From assembly GCA_963666365.2 (NCBI GenBank), contig CAXXNF010000001.1, positions 1,120,001 to 1,184,000 of the forward strand: DNA of 64,000 nucleotides, read 5' to 3'. The position numbers were made by a program, and so were the translations under genes. The stretch is from Syntrophales bacterium. Lineage in GTDB: Bacteria > Desulfobacterota > Syntrophia > Syntrophales > UBA2210. Of the stretch, positions 10,678 to 21,082 are shown in pieces (the first letter of the stretch is position 1; each line of letters starts with the position of its first letter). Under the pieces are notes generated by a model, which saw only the letters and a program-made list of their open reading frames with translations, was not told where the DNA came from and made no database searches.

Positions 10678-10758
10678 AATAGCTCCACTATGCCGACGGG
10701 TCGGCATTATGAGGAAATAAAAAAATTCTCTCTGCCTCTCGGCGGGAGAAAATGAATC
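10678..10758. repeat. Dispersed intergenic repeat, short copy
   Basis: AGCTCC..TAtgCCGACGGgtCGGCATTA and GAGGAAATAAAA...CTGCCTCT...GCGGGAGAAAATGAATC are shared with 60128-60419. Confidence 0.6.
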
Positions 10759-10933
10759 AGTTAGGCAGAAGGTATATTACTCCTTGGGGAGGGAATGGCG
10801 GGGGAAGGGATTGCTCCCGGATCGCAGTAATCTTTTTTGGTGCCTCTGTATGGATTAAAACCTTCAGTCAACGGCGGGCGTCTTTTAAGGTTTTTCCTTG
10901 ACATCGGATAAGAGCTGTCCGTATATCTAGCAC

Positions 10934-11995
10934 ATGAGAAATTGGATCTATAGAGCACTGGTCATCATAGTAATTCTGGCTGGGGGCAGCTACGCCGTTA
11001 ATTGGCTTCTTGATGCCTTCTCTCATGAAAGCACTGACAATGCGCAGATTACCGGCATTATCGTGCCCGTTTCTTCTGAAATAAAGGGACGGGTGGTAAA
11101 GGTGCATGTGGAAGATAACGAATACGTCTCCGCTGACGACCCTCTGGTTGAGATTTTTCAGGACGATTACCTCAAGGCACTCAAAGAAAAGACCGATGCC
11201 GTGTCGCGCTTGAAAGCGGAAAAAAGCGAATTGAAAAGCCTGATCGTAGAGAAGGAAAAGGTGCTCCAGCGGGTGCGGGCCAACGAGAAAGTCGCCCGCG
11301 CAGAAGAATTTCTGGCAAACAGGGAAAAAAAACGATACGAGGCACTGGTGCGGCAGAAGGCGGTTTCGCAGAGCCATTATGACAATGTACAGTCTCAATG
11401 GAAGATCGTTCATGCGCGCACTGAAGCGTCCGCAGCCGAAGTGGCCGAAGCGGAGGCGGCCATCAAGGTGCTGAAGGCGCGGTTGCAGACACAGACGTTC
11501 CGAATAAAAGAAGCCGAAACATCGCAGCATTTAGCCCGGTTGAACGTACAGAGGACCGCAGTGAAGGCGCCGGTATCGGGACGGGTGGCGAAAAAAAACG
11601 TTGAGGTAGGAAAATATGTGCAGGCAGGCCAGTCACTTCTCGCCCTTGTCAAGGAAGATATATGGGTCATCGCAAATTTTAAGGAAACTCAAATAAAAAA
11701 GATGGTGGTGGGACAGCCCGTTGAGATAGAGGTTGATGCCTATCCCCACATGAAGATTAAAGGCCGCATCGAAAGCATCCAGCACGGCACCGGATCGGTA
11801 TTCAGCCTGCTCCCTCCTGAGAACGCCACAGGCAATTTCATTAAAGTCGTCCAGCGCGTTCCCGTTAAAATCCTTATAGAGAAAGAGGGCGACTCAAGCC
11901 ATATGCTCTGGCCGGGGCTTTCAGTTGTCGCCACGGTGGACGTGAGCGACCCTTCAGGCGCGGCTTCATCCGCAAAGCAGAAGGCTCGTGACTAA
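10934..11995 (+). CDS. emrA: HlyD-family (EmrA-like) efflux membrane fusion protein
   Basis: ESTDNAQI, WVIANFKETQ and GTGSVFSLLPPENATGNFIKVVQRVPV motifs. Confidence 0.92.
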   Translation: MRNWIYRALVIIVILAGGSYAVNWLLDAFSHESTDNAQITGIIVPVSSEIKGRVVKVHVEDNEYVSADDPLVEIFQDDYLKALKEKTDAVSRLKAEKSELKSLIVEKEKVLQRVRANEKVARAEEFLANREKKRYEALVRQKAVSQSHYDNVQSQWKIVHARTEASAAEVAEAEAAIKVLKARLQTQTFRIKEAETSQHLARLNVQRTAVKAPVSGRVAKKNVEVGKYVQAGQSLLALVKEDIWVIANFKETQIKKMVVGQPVEIEVDAYPHMKIKGRIESIQHGTGSVFSLLPPENATGNFIKVVQRVPVKILIEKEGDSSHMLWPGLSVVATVDVSDPSGAASSAKQKARD

Positions 11996-13577
11996 GACGC
12001 CGGCACGTCACAAGTGGCTGATCGCGGTCACCGTCATGAGTGGCGCGATCATGGCCGCCCTGGATATCAGCATTGTAAATGTGGCACTGCCTCAGATGCG
12101 CGGAAGCCTGGGCGCCTCCGTTGAAGAAATCACCTGGGTTTCGACGGGCTACATCCTTTCCAGTGTCATCCTCATGCCCATGATTGCCTTCCTGAGTTCG
12201 CGATTCGGACGAAAGCGATTCTATCTTTTTTCGACGCTGCTTTTTACCTTTTTTTCCACGCTTTGCGGTTTTGCCTGGGACCTGCAGTCGATAATCTTCT
12301 TCAGAGTTATTCAGGGCATCGGAAGCGGTACGCTGATCGTGGTTTCGCTGGCCATACTTAGAGAAACCTTTCCTCCCGAAGAGCAGGGAACCGCCATGGG
12401 TATTTACGGGTTCGGCGTTATCCTTGGTCCCGCCATCGGACCTACCGTGGGAGGGTGGCTTACCGACCTCTATTCCTGGCGGTGGATTTTTTATATCAAA
12501 TGGCCTTTGGGTATTCTCAATGCACTGCTCATTCTAAAATTTATCGAAGATCCGCCCTATCTGATCCGGGAAAAAGGGGGAACCCTTGATCTGGCCGGAC
12601 TCTTTTTTATGGCTGTCGGCCTGGGCGCCATCCAGGTCATATTGGCAAAGGGTAACAACAGGGACTGGTTTGAATCAAATCTGATCGTCATGCTTGCGGT
12701 AATAGCCGCGGCAGCTCTTCTCATGTTCGCCTATCGGGAGTTGACCACCGAGAAGCCCGCCGTGAACCTTCGGATTTTGAAAGATTTCAATTTTCTTTCG
12801 GCCTGCATCTTCACCGGGTTTCTCCATCTGGCCCTGATGGGCAGTTTATTCCTCTTTCCCCTCTTCCTGCAGCAGCTGCTCGGATATCCCGTACTCGATT
12901 CAGGATTGGCTCTTTTACCGAGAAGCATTGCCATGATGCTTGCTATGCCCCTGGGGGGACGACTGTACAATCGTACAGGACCGAAATTTCTCATTGGAGC
13001 AGGATCTCTTATAAACGCTCTTTCATTTTATCAGCTGTCGGGACTTTCTCTCAATACGGGCTACTGGGAATTTTTCATCCCCCAGGTGCTTCAGGGAATG
13101 GGATTTGGCCTGATATTCGTCTCCTTGATTACGGCCGCTTTGTCGAGCATTGAAAATCGCTTTATGACTGATGCGTCAGGACTCTTCAATGTCGTATCCC
13201 AGGTGTTCGGCAGCATGGGCATTGCCGTGGTCGCCACCATACTGACCCGCAGAGTAACCTGGAGCCGGGCGCTGCTGATGGAACAGATCACCGCGTTCAG
13301 TGACGCCACGGCGGAAAAGATGCACACAATCTCTTCAATATTGACTGCCCGCGGTGTCAGTCCGGGCGATATAGACACAATGACATTGAAAATGATGGAG
13401 CACATCGTTATGAAACAGGCAACCATCCTCGCCTACAACCATGTGTTTTATCTGCTTGCCGTTCTCTTCATCGCCTTGCTCGGTCTCTTGTGCTTTATAA
13501 AGCATCGTCCATCGCCGCCGATGAGAGGGGTCTACAGTGCGAAACCACCTGCGGGGGAAGGGGAGAGGGAACCATAA
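11988..13577 (+). CDS. emrB: DHA2-family MFS efflux permease (EmrB/QacA)
   Basis: LDISIVNVALP, RFGRKR, GPAIGPTVGGWLTD and WRWIFY motifs; many transmembrane segments; overlaps the emrA stop. Confidence 0.92.
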   Translation: MTKTPARHKWLIAVTVMSGAIMAALDISIVNVALPQMRGSLGASVEEITWVSTGYILSSVILMPMIAFLSSRFGRKRFYLFSTLLFTFFSTLCGFAWDLQSIIFFRVIQGIGSGTLIVVSLAILRETFPPEEQGTAMGIYGFGVILGPAIGPTVGGWLTDLYSWRWIFYIKWPLGILNALLILKFIEDPPYLIREKGGTLDLAGLFFMAVGLGAIQVILAKGNNRDWFESNLIVMLAVIAAAALLMFAYRELTTEKPAVNLRILKDFNFLSACIFTGFLHLALMGSLFLFPLFLQQLLGYPVLDSGLALLPRSIAMMLAMPLGGRLYNRTGPKFLIGAGSLINALSFYQLSGLSLNTGYWEFFIPQVLQGMGFGLIFVSLITAALSSIENRFMTDASGLFNVVSQVFGSMGIAVVATILTRRVTWSRALLMEQITAFSDATAEKMHTISSILTARGVSPGDIDTMTLKMMEHIVMKQATILAYNHVFYLLAVLFIALLGLLCFIKHRPSPPMRGVYSAKPPAGEGEREP

Positions 13578-13636
13578 TGTTGTCCGCCCCGGGATGGTCG
13601 AACCTTTTTCCGCACGCACCGTGGGCGAAAAAGCGG

Positions 13637-16600
13637 TCAGGCATATTTCTTTAATCCTGTGCGATGGTGATGCCGGGCGTGTTCGATCATAAAATGCAGG
13701 CGATTGAGGATATTGACTTCGCTTGCGCCGGCATCGAAATCGAGAAAGAGCATATTCATCATGGGATAGAACCGAAGGATGCGGTTTTCGATCCCCTTGG
13801 CAACTACTTGATTGGCGATGCAGCCGAAGGGCTGAAGGCAGACGACGTCCCAGATTCCCTCCCGGGCGAAGCAGGCGATCTCGGCCGGAATCAGCCATCC
13901 CTCGCCAAACTGGTTCGACAGGCTCACAATCTCAGACGCCATGCGGGCTTTCTGATAGATGCCCGCAGGAGGTTCATAACAGCGAAAGCCCCTGAGCACC
14001 CTTTCAAACCGGTCTATCCAGAGCCCTGCCTGATATTCCAGAAACACCTCAAACAGTTTTGACACCACACTTCGAGGCTCCAGATAACTGCGCCGGTTGT
14101 CCTTCACGTTGACAAAAAACTGCATTACAAAGTCCGTAAGCGAGGGAACCGACACTTCCACCTTTTGTGCGATTATCCAGTCAACCACGTTCATCTGGCT
14201 GAAGCGGTTGTATTTCAGGAAAATTTCACCCACGATGCCGATTCTGGGTAGACTTGCATTCTCACTGACTATGTCGTTAAAGGATGCGACAGCCTTCCTG
14301 AGACTGTCTATGAGTCCCTTTGCATCATCCCTTTCGGCACAGTGACGACCCATGTCAAGATAGTGGTCCCGCACGGCCCCGGCAGATCCGGGCGTCCCTT
14401 CGCGCACCACCGTCTTGTAATACATGCGTGCGATGGCGTCCGCATACAGAAGGCTGGTAAAGGCCGGTTTTATGATCCGACTGAATGCAAGTTCGAAGCC
14501 GGGCTGCTCGTTGATCAAATCGCTCCCCTGGGCCGCCGCCACTACAGATACCTCGGGATATCCTGCACCGATGAGCGCCTTTTTAATGAGCGACACATAG
14601 TTGGTGGCCCTGCACTGTCCGCCCGTCTGAGACATGCCGACAACGGTCTTCCGGGGATCGAACCGACCGGATTTAAAGGCCTTTATAAAATCGCCGATCA
14701 CGACGGTGGCGGGATAGCATATTTCATTGTTGGCGTACTGCAATCCGTACTCCACGGATTCCTTGTCCGAAGGGGGGAGAATTATCAGATTGTAGCCGAG
14801 GAGGCGGAAGAGGGGCGAAAAGAAGGGAGAATAGCAGTCGGCAAAATAGGGAGCGATGATCTGTTTTGTCCGATCTTCCGGCAGATAGGGAGGAGCTTTG
14901 GCACGGTGGCGAGAGGGCGCGGCGCGGCGAGAGGGTTGCACTGCAAGGGTTTCCATCAGCGATCGCAGGCGAAGACGGGCAGAGCCGGTGCTGGATATTT
15001 CGTCGATTTTGATGACCGTAAAGGGTTTTCCTGCCGCGGCCAGTATGTCGCGAATCTCATCCATCACGAAGGCATCGGGACCGCAGCCGAAAGAATTCAG
15101 CATGACATACTGAATATTCTGCGCCGATTGATCGGCCACCCATTGCGCCGCCTTAAGAATCCGGTTGGGGAAGGTCCATTGAGGAATGGTGTGCAGTTCT
15201 CTCACACTTTTTTCGCAGAGGCTGGAGACTGCGTCGCAGGGGAGTACATCGGCGCCCAGGTCAGCCAGAATTTCCGATGTGTGGTGCTCGATGAGCGGAT
15301 CGGCGTGGTAGGGTCTGCCGGCAAGCACGATCACGGTCCGCCCCTGTCTGCGCGCCTCGTCAAGCACCATGCGACCCCGGTTTTCCAGAGATGCGCGAAA
15401 ACGGCCCTGTGCCGCCAGTGCCCGTACAAAGGCATTCTCGAAACGCCGGCGGGACACATTAAGGGATTTCAAATACCTGAAACAGGCCTTCTTGAGCAAC
15501 CTTTCATCACGGAACGATATTGTCGGCGCGTCAAAAGGAATCGGCTGTTCTTCCCTTTCTCCCATGGCGCCCTTCAGCACTTCGGCATAGCTTCCCACGA
15601 TGGGACAGTTGTAGCTGTTCGCCGCGTCTGCCTCTTCTTTGATCTCATGAATCGTCAACGGATAGAGGATGCGGTCCACCCCTTTTTCACGGAGATCCAT
15701 TATATGGCCGTGAGCCAGCTTTGCGGGAAAACAGATGTTATCGGCCATTATCGATCCGAGGCCCTTTTCGTAAATCTCCTGGCTCGACTCTTCCGACAGC
15801 ACGACATGAAAACCGCACTCGGTCAGAAGGGTGCTCCAGAACGGGAAATCTTCATACATCCCCAGGATGCGGGGAATACCTATAGTCGTAGCGGCAACGG
15901 GCGCCACAGGCGGCGTGAGATTTTCAAAAAGCAGCTCCCTGCGGGCGGCAAAGAAATTGGTTCCCCTTGCGGCACTGCCGCCGCGATTGCCGAAATGGCG
16001 TTCACACTTGTTTCCGGTAAAAAATCGCCCTCCGCCGCTGAATGAAAAAACGGTTACACTGCATTGATTGGGACACCCGCGGCATTCAATTTCCCGGGTG
16101 CGATAGCGGGTTGATTCTTCCAGGGTGTCCAGGTGAAACGGGCGGACCGCTTGCTGACCGGCATCATAGGCCTCTTTTGCCAGTAAGGCCGCACCGAAGG
16201 CGCCCATCATTTCCGGCTTGTCCGAAGAGGCAATGGAAGAACCGGAAAGCATTTCAAAGGCTCTCAGTACTGCCGGGTTCCGAAAGGTTCCCCCCTGCAC
16301 AAGAATATGGCCGCCCAGCTCCGATGTGTCCCGCAGTTTCAGGACCTTGTTGAGGGTGTTTTTGATCACCGAATAGGCGAGACCCGCCGCGATATCCTCT
16401 ATCGAAGCATTCTCGCGCTGTGCCTGCTTGATGCGGGAATTCATAAAAACGGTGCATCGTGTCCCGAGGTCGCAGGGCGCCCGGGATTTACAGGCCCTCC
16501 GGGCGAAGGTATCCGCCGTCAAACCGAGGGACTGGGCAAAACCCTCGATGAAGGAGCCGCATCCCGAAGAGCAGGCTTCGTTGATTTCAATGCGCTTTAT

Positions 16601-17926
16601 TCCATGATCGCCGATAAACAGTGCTTTCATGTCCTGCCCGCCTATGTCGAGAATAAATGAAACCTTCGGATCACACTGCATGGCCGCCCGCCAGTGGGCA
16701 ATGGTTTCCACCACGCCCCGGTCGAGATCAAAGGCGGCACTGATTAGATCCTCTCCGTACCCGGTCGCCTTGCCGGCAGCAATGGGCATCCGTTCTGCGC
16801 CTCCCCCTGCCTTTTCTCTCAGTACGAAAAGGGCTTCCATTACGGCGTCGACAGGGTTACCCCGGTTCGGGCGATAATCGCTGAATACCGTTCGCTCCCT
16901 GGAATCGATCACCATCACTTTGGCGGTAGTGGACCCGCAATCGATTCCGAGAAAAAAGGGCGGCTCGGCGCGCTGAAAGGGAATCTCCTCAAGTCTCATA
17001 ATACGGCGGCTATGTTCCCAGTGCCGGTATGCGGCCTCGTCGGAGAAGAGTGGAGGCAGCCGATGACGAGTGTTGGTATGCACCGCGTTGAGGATGTTCA
17101 TACGCTCTTGCCAGTCGCCGAGGCCTGCCGCAGGAATGTCCCGTTCCTCCGTGAGCGCCGCACCCCAGGCGGGAAAGAATAATCCGTTGGACGGCATGAC
17201 GACGTCATCCTGCGTAAGTTTCAAGGATCGGCAAAAACAGTCCCGGAGACTGGAGAAAAAGGTCAGAGGACCACCGCAGAAAAGCACCTTGCGCCGTATT
17301 GACACGCCGCGGGCAAGGGAATTGAGGTTCTGGAGGGCCACTGCATGAAGAATGGAGGCACATATGTTGGACAGTTCGATTTTACGGCTTACCAGATTTT
17401 GCACATCTGTTTTCGCAAATACACCGCATCGTGAGGCAATGGGATAGATGCGGGTGTGCAGACCGGCCAGTCTGTTGAGATCTTCGACGGAGAGATTGAG
17501 CAGCGTTGCCATCTGGTCTATAAAGGCGCCGGTGCCGCCGGCGCAACTGCCGTTCATGCGTATATCAGGCGGCCGTTCCGCGGAGAAAAACATCATCTTG
17601 CTGTCCTCTCCGCCGATGTCAATAAGCGTTCCCACCTCCGGAAAGTACCGCCGCGTTACCTCACCGGCGGCAACAACCTCCTGAACGAAAGGGACACCGA
17701 CGCGCTCGGCGATCCCCATTCCCGCCGATCCGGTAACAGTCAGCGCTATCGGATGGTCGCCAAGGGCTGCCGTTGCCTCTTCCATGATGGATCTGAGGGT
17801 GTTCGCAATGTCGGCGCCGTGACGCCGATAGGCTGAAAATGTAACCGTTCCCCGCCCGTCAAGAATAATGACCTTTGCCGTGGTGGAACCCACATCCAAG
17901 CCAGCTCGAAATAGTTCCTTCCTCAT
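13637..17926 (-). CDS. CoA-substrate-specific enzyme activase (2-hydroxyacyl-CoA dehydratase activator; two BadF/BcrA-type ATPase domains plus dehydratase-like C-terminal domains)
   Basis: GLDVGSTTAK...DIGGEDSK...CAGGTG...SRCGVF and GIDCGSTTAK...DIGGQDMK...CSSGCGSF...TRCTVF; also NICFPAK, SFGCGPD and QPFGC. Confidence 0.92.
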   Translation of the reverse strand: MRKELFRAGLDVGSTTAKVIILDGRGTVTFSAYRRHGADIANTLRSIMEEATAALGDHPIALTVTGSAGMGIAERVGVPFVQEVVAAGEVTRRYFPEVGTLIDIGGEDSKMMFFSAERPPDIRMNGSCAGGTGAFIDQMATLLNLSVEDLNRLAGLHTRIYPIASRCGVFAKTDVQNLVSRKIELSNICASILHAVALQNLNSLARGVSIRRKVLFCGGPLTFFSSLRDCFCRSLKLTQDDVVMPSNGLFFPAWGAALTEERDIPAAGLGDWQERMNILNAVHTNTRHRLPPLFSDEAAYRHWEHSRRIMRLEEIPFQRAEPPFFLGIDCGSTTAKVMVIDSRERTVFSDYRPNRGNPVDAVMEALFVLREKAGGGAERMPIAAGKATGYGEDLISAAFDLDRGVVETIAHWRAAMQCDPKVSFILDIGGQDMKALFIGDHGIKRIEINEACSSGCGSFIEGFAQSLGLTADTFARRACKSRAPCDLGTRCTVFMNSRIKQAQRENASIEDIAAGLAYSVIKNTLNKVLKLRDTSELGGHILVQGGTFRNPAVLRAFEMLSGSSIASSDKPEMMGAFGAALLAKEAYDAGQQAVRPFHLDTLEESTRYRTREIECRGCPNQCSVTVFSFSGGGRFFTGNKCERHFGNRGGSAARGTNFFAARRELLFENLTPPVAPVAATTIGIPRILGMYEDFPFWSTLLTECGFHVVLSEESSQEIYEKGLGSIMADNICFPAKLAHGHIMDLREKGVDRILYPLTIHEIKEEADAANSYNCPIVGSYAEVLKGAMGEREEQPIPFDAPTISFRDERLLKKACFRYLKSLNVSRRRFENAFVRALAAQGRFRASLENRGRMVLDEARRQGRTVIVLAGRPYHADPLIEHHTSEILADLGADVLPCDAVSSLCEKSVRELHTIPQWTFPNRILKAAQWVADQSAQNIQYVMLNSFGCGPDAFVMDEIRDILAAAGKPFTVIKIDEISSTGSARLRLRSLMETLAVQPSRRAAPSRHRAKAPPYLPEDRTKQIIAPYFADCYSPFFSPLFRLLGYNLIILPPSDKESVEYGLQYANNEICYPATVVIGDFIKAFKSGRFDPRKTVVGMSQTGGQCRATNYVSLIKKALIGAGYPEVSVVAAAQGSDLINEQPGFELAFSRIIKPAFTSLLYADAIARMYYKTVVREGTPGSAGAVRDHYLDMGRHCAERDDAKGLIDSLRKAVASFNDIVSENASLPRIGIVGEIFLKYNRFSQMNVVDWIIAQKVEVSVPSLTDFVMQFFVNVKDNRRSYLEPRSVVSKLFEVFLEYQAGLWIDRFERVLRGFRCYEPPAGIYQKARMASEIVSLSNQFGEGWLIPAEIACFAREGIWDVVCLQPFGCIANQVVAKGIENRILRFYPMMNMLFLDFDAGASEVNILNRLHFMIEHARHHHRTGLKKYA

Positions 17927-17968
17927 CGCGTTTCTCCGAATCGTATATTACCGTAAAATGCCTCAACA

Positions 17969-18625
17969 TCAGTCCCGATAGAGCGGGGGCTGCAGCGAGG
18001 ATGCATTGTTGATGCTGCCCATCAAGGTCTCAACGATCACCACTTTTCGTTCGTCGATAAATCGGTCGAAGGCATCCGGCTTGTCGTCGATGAAAAATTC
18101 ATTAAACAGGGGTTTGGCAATAAAGGGAAAGACGCAGAGACTGATCAAATTCGCCACAAACTGAGAAGCCGGAATCTCGGAATTGAGATCGCGCATTTCC
18201 TTTTCTATCCATCGCCGCATCCGATCGGATAAGAGCCCCTTCATGGTGAATTGTGCAACGATCTTGTCGGGATTTTTATTAAGCTCATTCATGATAAAAT
18301 TGGGAAGATAGGGATTTTCCTTAAACAAATCAAGATAATGATCAACGAACCATTTTATTTTTTCTTGAAAGGGCATGTCGCCTGACATAATTTCTTCCAC
18401 TCTGGGGAGAAAGTGATCGAAGAGATCGTCAAATACGGCCTCGAACAGCTTCTTTTTGCTTCGAAAGTAGTAATGAAGCGCTGTGCGGCTGATTCCGGCT
18501 TCGTCGGCAATGTCCTGCATCACGGTGCCGTCTATACCCTTTTTCACGAATACCCCTTTGGCTGCCTCCAGAATGCGCTGATCTTTGTCGCGCGAAGCTC
18601 CCTCTGCGTGCAACATCTCTGACAC
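17969..18625 (-). CDS. TetR/AcrR-family transcriptional regulator
   Basis: ILEAAKGVFVKKGIDGTVMQDIADEAGISRTALHYYFRSKKKLF HTH. Confidence 0.93.
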   Translation of the reverse strand: MSEMLHAEGASRDKDQRILEAAKGVFVKKGIDGTVMQDIADEAGISRTALHYYFRSKKKLFEAVFDDLFDHFLPRVEEIMSGDMPFQEKIKWFVDHYLDLFKENPYLPNFIMNELNKNPDKIVAQFTMKGLLSDRMRRWIEKEMRDLNSEIPASQFVANLISLCVFPFIAKPLFNEFFIDDKPDAFDRFIDERKVVIVETLMGSINNASSLQPPLYRD

Positions 18626-18744
18626 CTCTGTTCAACAGTATAGTCTGACAATTGCGTCCGCCTATGTAATTGATTTTCAGCAATCTGTCAACAGGGGTTC
18701 CGCAGGAAATTTCAATCATGGATTTTTGATTTGTTTTATGGGTG

Positions 18745-18814
18745 TTTCGCGCAGAGGCGCAGGGACGCTGAGGACAAGAGAAGATCTTTTCTCTGCGTCC
18801 CTGCGGGAGAAAAA
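18745..18814. repeat. Dispersed palindromic intergenic repeat (CGCAGAGGCGCAG family)
   Basis: TTTCGCGCAGAGGCGCAGGGaCGCTGAGGACAAGAG...CTGCGGGAGAAAA is near-identical to 60337-60413. Confidence 0.75.
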
Positions 18815-18817
18815 GAA

Positions 18818-21082
18818 TTATGTGTGCTCTTTCTCGGATCCCTCCAACTCTTCGACAACATCCTTGGATGCTTCTGATTCCGAAATGACCTGTACGCGCG
18901 GGCGGGCACGCTCGGGGCGTGATGACTGTTCCACAACAGTGTGCTCTTCAAGTGCAACCCGCATAGGTGGCGCAGCGCCCTCTTTATCGATGCCAAACCA
19001 CAGGGTCTGATGGGGAAAGGGAATTTCGATGCTCCGTTCATCGAACACCTGTTTCATGAGCTGTAGAAAGGCGCGCCGCACGGCGAACTGTTTCATGGGA
19101 ATCGTCCTCAGGCGCACCCGGATTTCGACAGCCGAATCAGCCAATTTGTTCATACCGAACACTTCCAGGTCGCCCGTGATGAACGGCCCCCATACTTCGT
19201 CCTTCCGGAGTTCAACGGCCACGTCCTGAAGCGCCTGCACCACATCGCCGTATCGCTCACGGTATGCCACACCAGCATCGATCAGGGCATATCCGTATTC
19301 CCGGTTGTAATTGGTGACGGTGGTCACCTCGCCGAAGGGAATTACATATACCGTGCCGGCAAGATCACGTAGTGTTACCGTCCGAACGGTAAGACGTTCC
19401 ACCGTCCCGGCGTAGCCTCCGGCCTCCACCCAGTCCCCCACGGATATGGCGTCCTCCAGCAGTATGAATATGCCCGTGATCATGTCGCGCACCAGCGTCT
19501 GGGCGCCGAAGCCAACGGCCAGTCCGACAACGCCGGCACCTGCCAGGAGCGGCGCAATGTTTATGCCGAACCGTGAAAGCACCAGCATCGAGACAATCAC
19601 CACAAGCGTCACGCGCATCACTGTTTTCAGCATCGGCAGCAATGTGAGCATGCGCGTCCTTCCCTTTCCCTCCGCCTCCTCCCGGACAAGCAGTCGTTCG
19701 GTCAGTATATTTACGGTCTCCCACAAAACAAGCGCGCCGACGATGATGATGATGACCTTCAGCAGTTCCGCGATAAGCATCCCACCCATGGGCGAAAGCA
19801 GCCAGCCCAGGGTGCCCAGCCCCCAGACCTCGAGAATCGCGAAGGCGCACACCGCATAGATGATTCCCGAGAGAATCGCTCGCACAAGCGCCTGATAACG
19901 GTTTGCCCGCGCTTCCAGACCGGGATAGTCCTTTTTCAATACATCGCTTATAAGGAAAAGCCGATCTACTCCCCGCCGCACCACCCGTACCAGTATTACC
20001 GTCAGGAATGTCAGGACCATTGTCATGGCAAGACCGGAGAGAAGAAATTTCGTGCCTCCCTCAATTTCGAGCACCCATTGGGCATAGAATCCAATCACCA
20101 GAATAATCGCGATGATATGCCACCCATCAGCCAGACGCCGCAAAAACGCAATGAGCATGGCAAGCCCGGCCTGTCGTTCCCGTAGCGGCGCTGATTCCCT
20201 TCTTTCCTTACACATCCAGGCGGCAACATTTTTTCTGTTCTGCAGAATCAGGGTGACCAGCAACACCACGACGGCAAGCCCCAAAAACTTCATCAGAAGG
20301 GAGTATAACACTGCCGGTACACCCATGAGCAGGGCCGCTTCCAGGATAAAATATCCATACACGGTGAGGAGGGTCACCCGCCGTATCCATATATAGGCAT
20401 AGTGGCCGGTCTCCTCATCGGAAAACAGCACACTGAGCGCCGGACTTCCTGGAGCGCAGATCATGCGAGCAACCGCAAGAACTAGACCCGAGACGACAGC
20501 GGCATTGATCAGGGCCAGCACGGCCAGCCGGGTCTCCGCTGCGGAATTCGTAAGCGGTACTACGACATAGGCGGCAACGGCGAAGCCAACAATCGGTATG
20601 ATGTCAAAGAGGGTGCGGGAAAAAAGGAAAAGCGCTCTTACCCAGATTTTATTCTCTTCACGGTCTTCCACGGAACGGCGCCCGCGGCTCAAAAGGCGCT
20701 GCAACAGCCACCAGACAAGAAGACCTGCTGTCAGAACCAGGACCAGTTTAACCAGTATTCCGCCCCAGCGCAGAAGATTTTGCGGGTCCTGCGCCTTCAC
20801 AAACACATCCTGCAACACTGCAGGCAGGGCAAGAAGCCCTGTGCCCGCTTCGGCAAGCAAGTCGGCCGCTTTTTCCATCCGACCCGACACAAAGGCTATA
20901 AACTGGCCGCCGATTCCTCCTGCATCGATGATGGTGACTGCAGGGGCTTTTCCCGGTGGTGTTTCTTCTCCGGCTACGGCGATATGCGAAAAGATAAGGC
21001 CGGCCCACAGCAAAGCCGCTGCGATAATGACGATCGTGGTACGTGAATATCTCAACAGAACAACCTCCTCATTACTATTCAC
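18818..21082 (-). CDS. MscS-family mechanosensitive channel (YbiO-like, large N-terminal membrane region)
   Basis: PLLAGAGVVGLAVGFGAQTLVRDMITGIFILLED...VGDWV...IEIPFPHQ. Confidence 0.92.
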   Translation of the reverse strand: MNSNEEVVLLRYSRTTIVIIAAALLWAGLIFSHIAVAGEETPPGKAPAVTIIDAGGIGGQFIAFVSGRMEKAADLLAEAGTGLLALPAVLQDVFVKAQDPQNLLRWGGILVKLVLVLTAGLLVWWLLQRLLSRGRRSVEDREENKIWVRALFLFSRTLFDIIPIVGFAVAAYVVVPLTNSAAETRLAVLALINAAVVSGLVLAVARMICAPGSPALSVLFSDEETGHYAYIWIRRVTLLTVYGYFILEAALLMGVPAVLYSLLMKFLGLAVVVLLVTLILQNRKNVAAWMCKERRESAPLRERQAGLAMLIAFLRRLADGWHIIAIILVIGFYAQWVLEIEGGTKFLLSGLAMTMVLTFLTVILVRVVRRGVDRLFLISDVLKKDYPGLEARANRYQALVRAILSGIIYAVCAFAILEVWGLGTLGWLLSPMGGMLIAELLKVIIIIVGALVLWETVNILTERLLVREEAEGKGRTRMLTLLPMLKTVMRVTLVVIVSMLVLSRFGINIAPLLAGAGVVGLAVGFGAQTLVRDMITGIFILLEDAISVGDWVEAGGYAGTVERLTVRTVTLRDLAGTVYVIPFGEVTTVTNYNREYGYALIDAGVAYRERYGDVVQALQDVAVELRKDEVWGPFITGDLEVFGMNKLADSAVEIRVRLRTIPMKQFAVRRAFLQLMKQVFDERSIEIPFPHQTLWFGIDKEGAAPPMRVALEEHTVVEQSSRPERARPRVQVISESEASKDVVEELEGSEKEHT

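Noticed and set aside
14342..16045. 567-aa plus-strand ORF
   Set aside because: Antisense shadow of the CoA activase gene.
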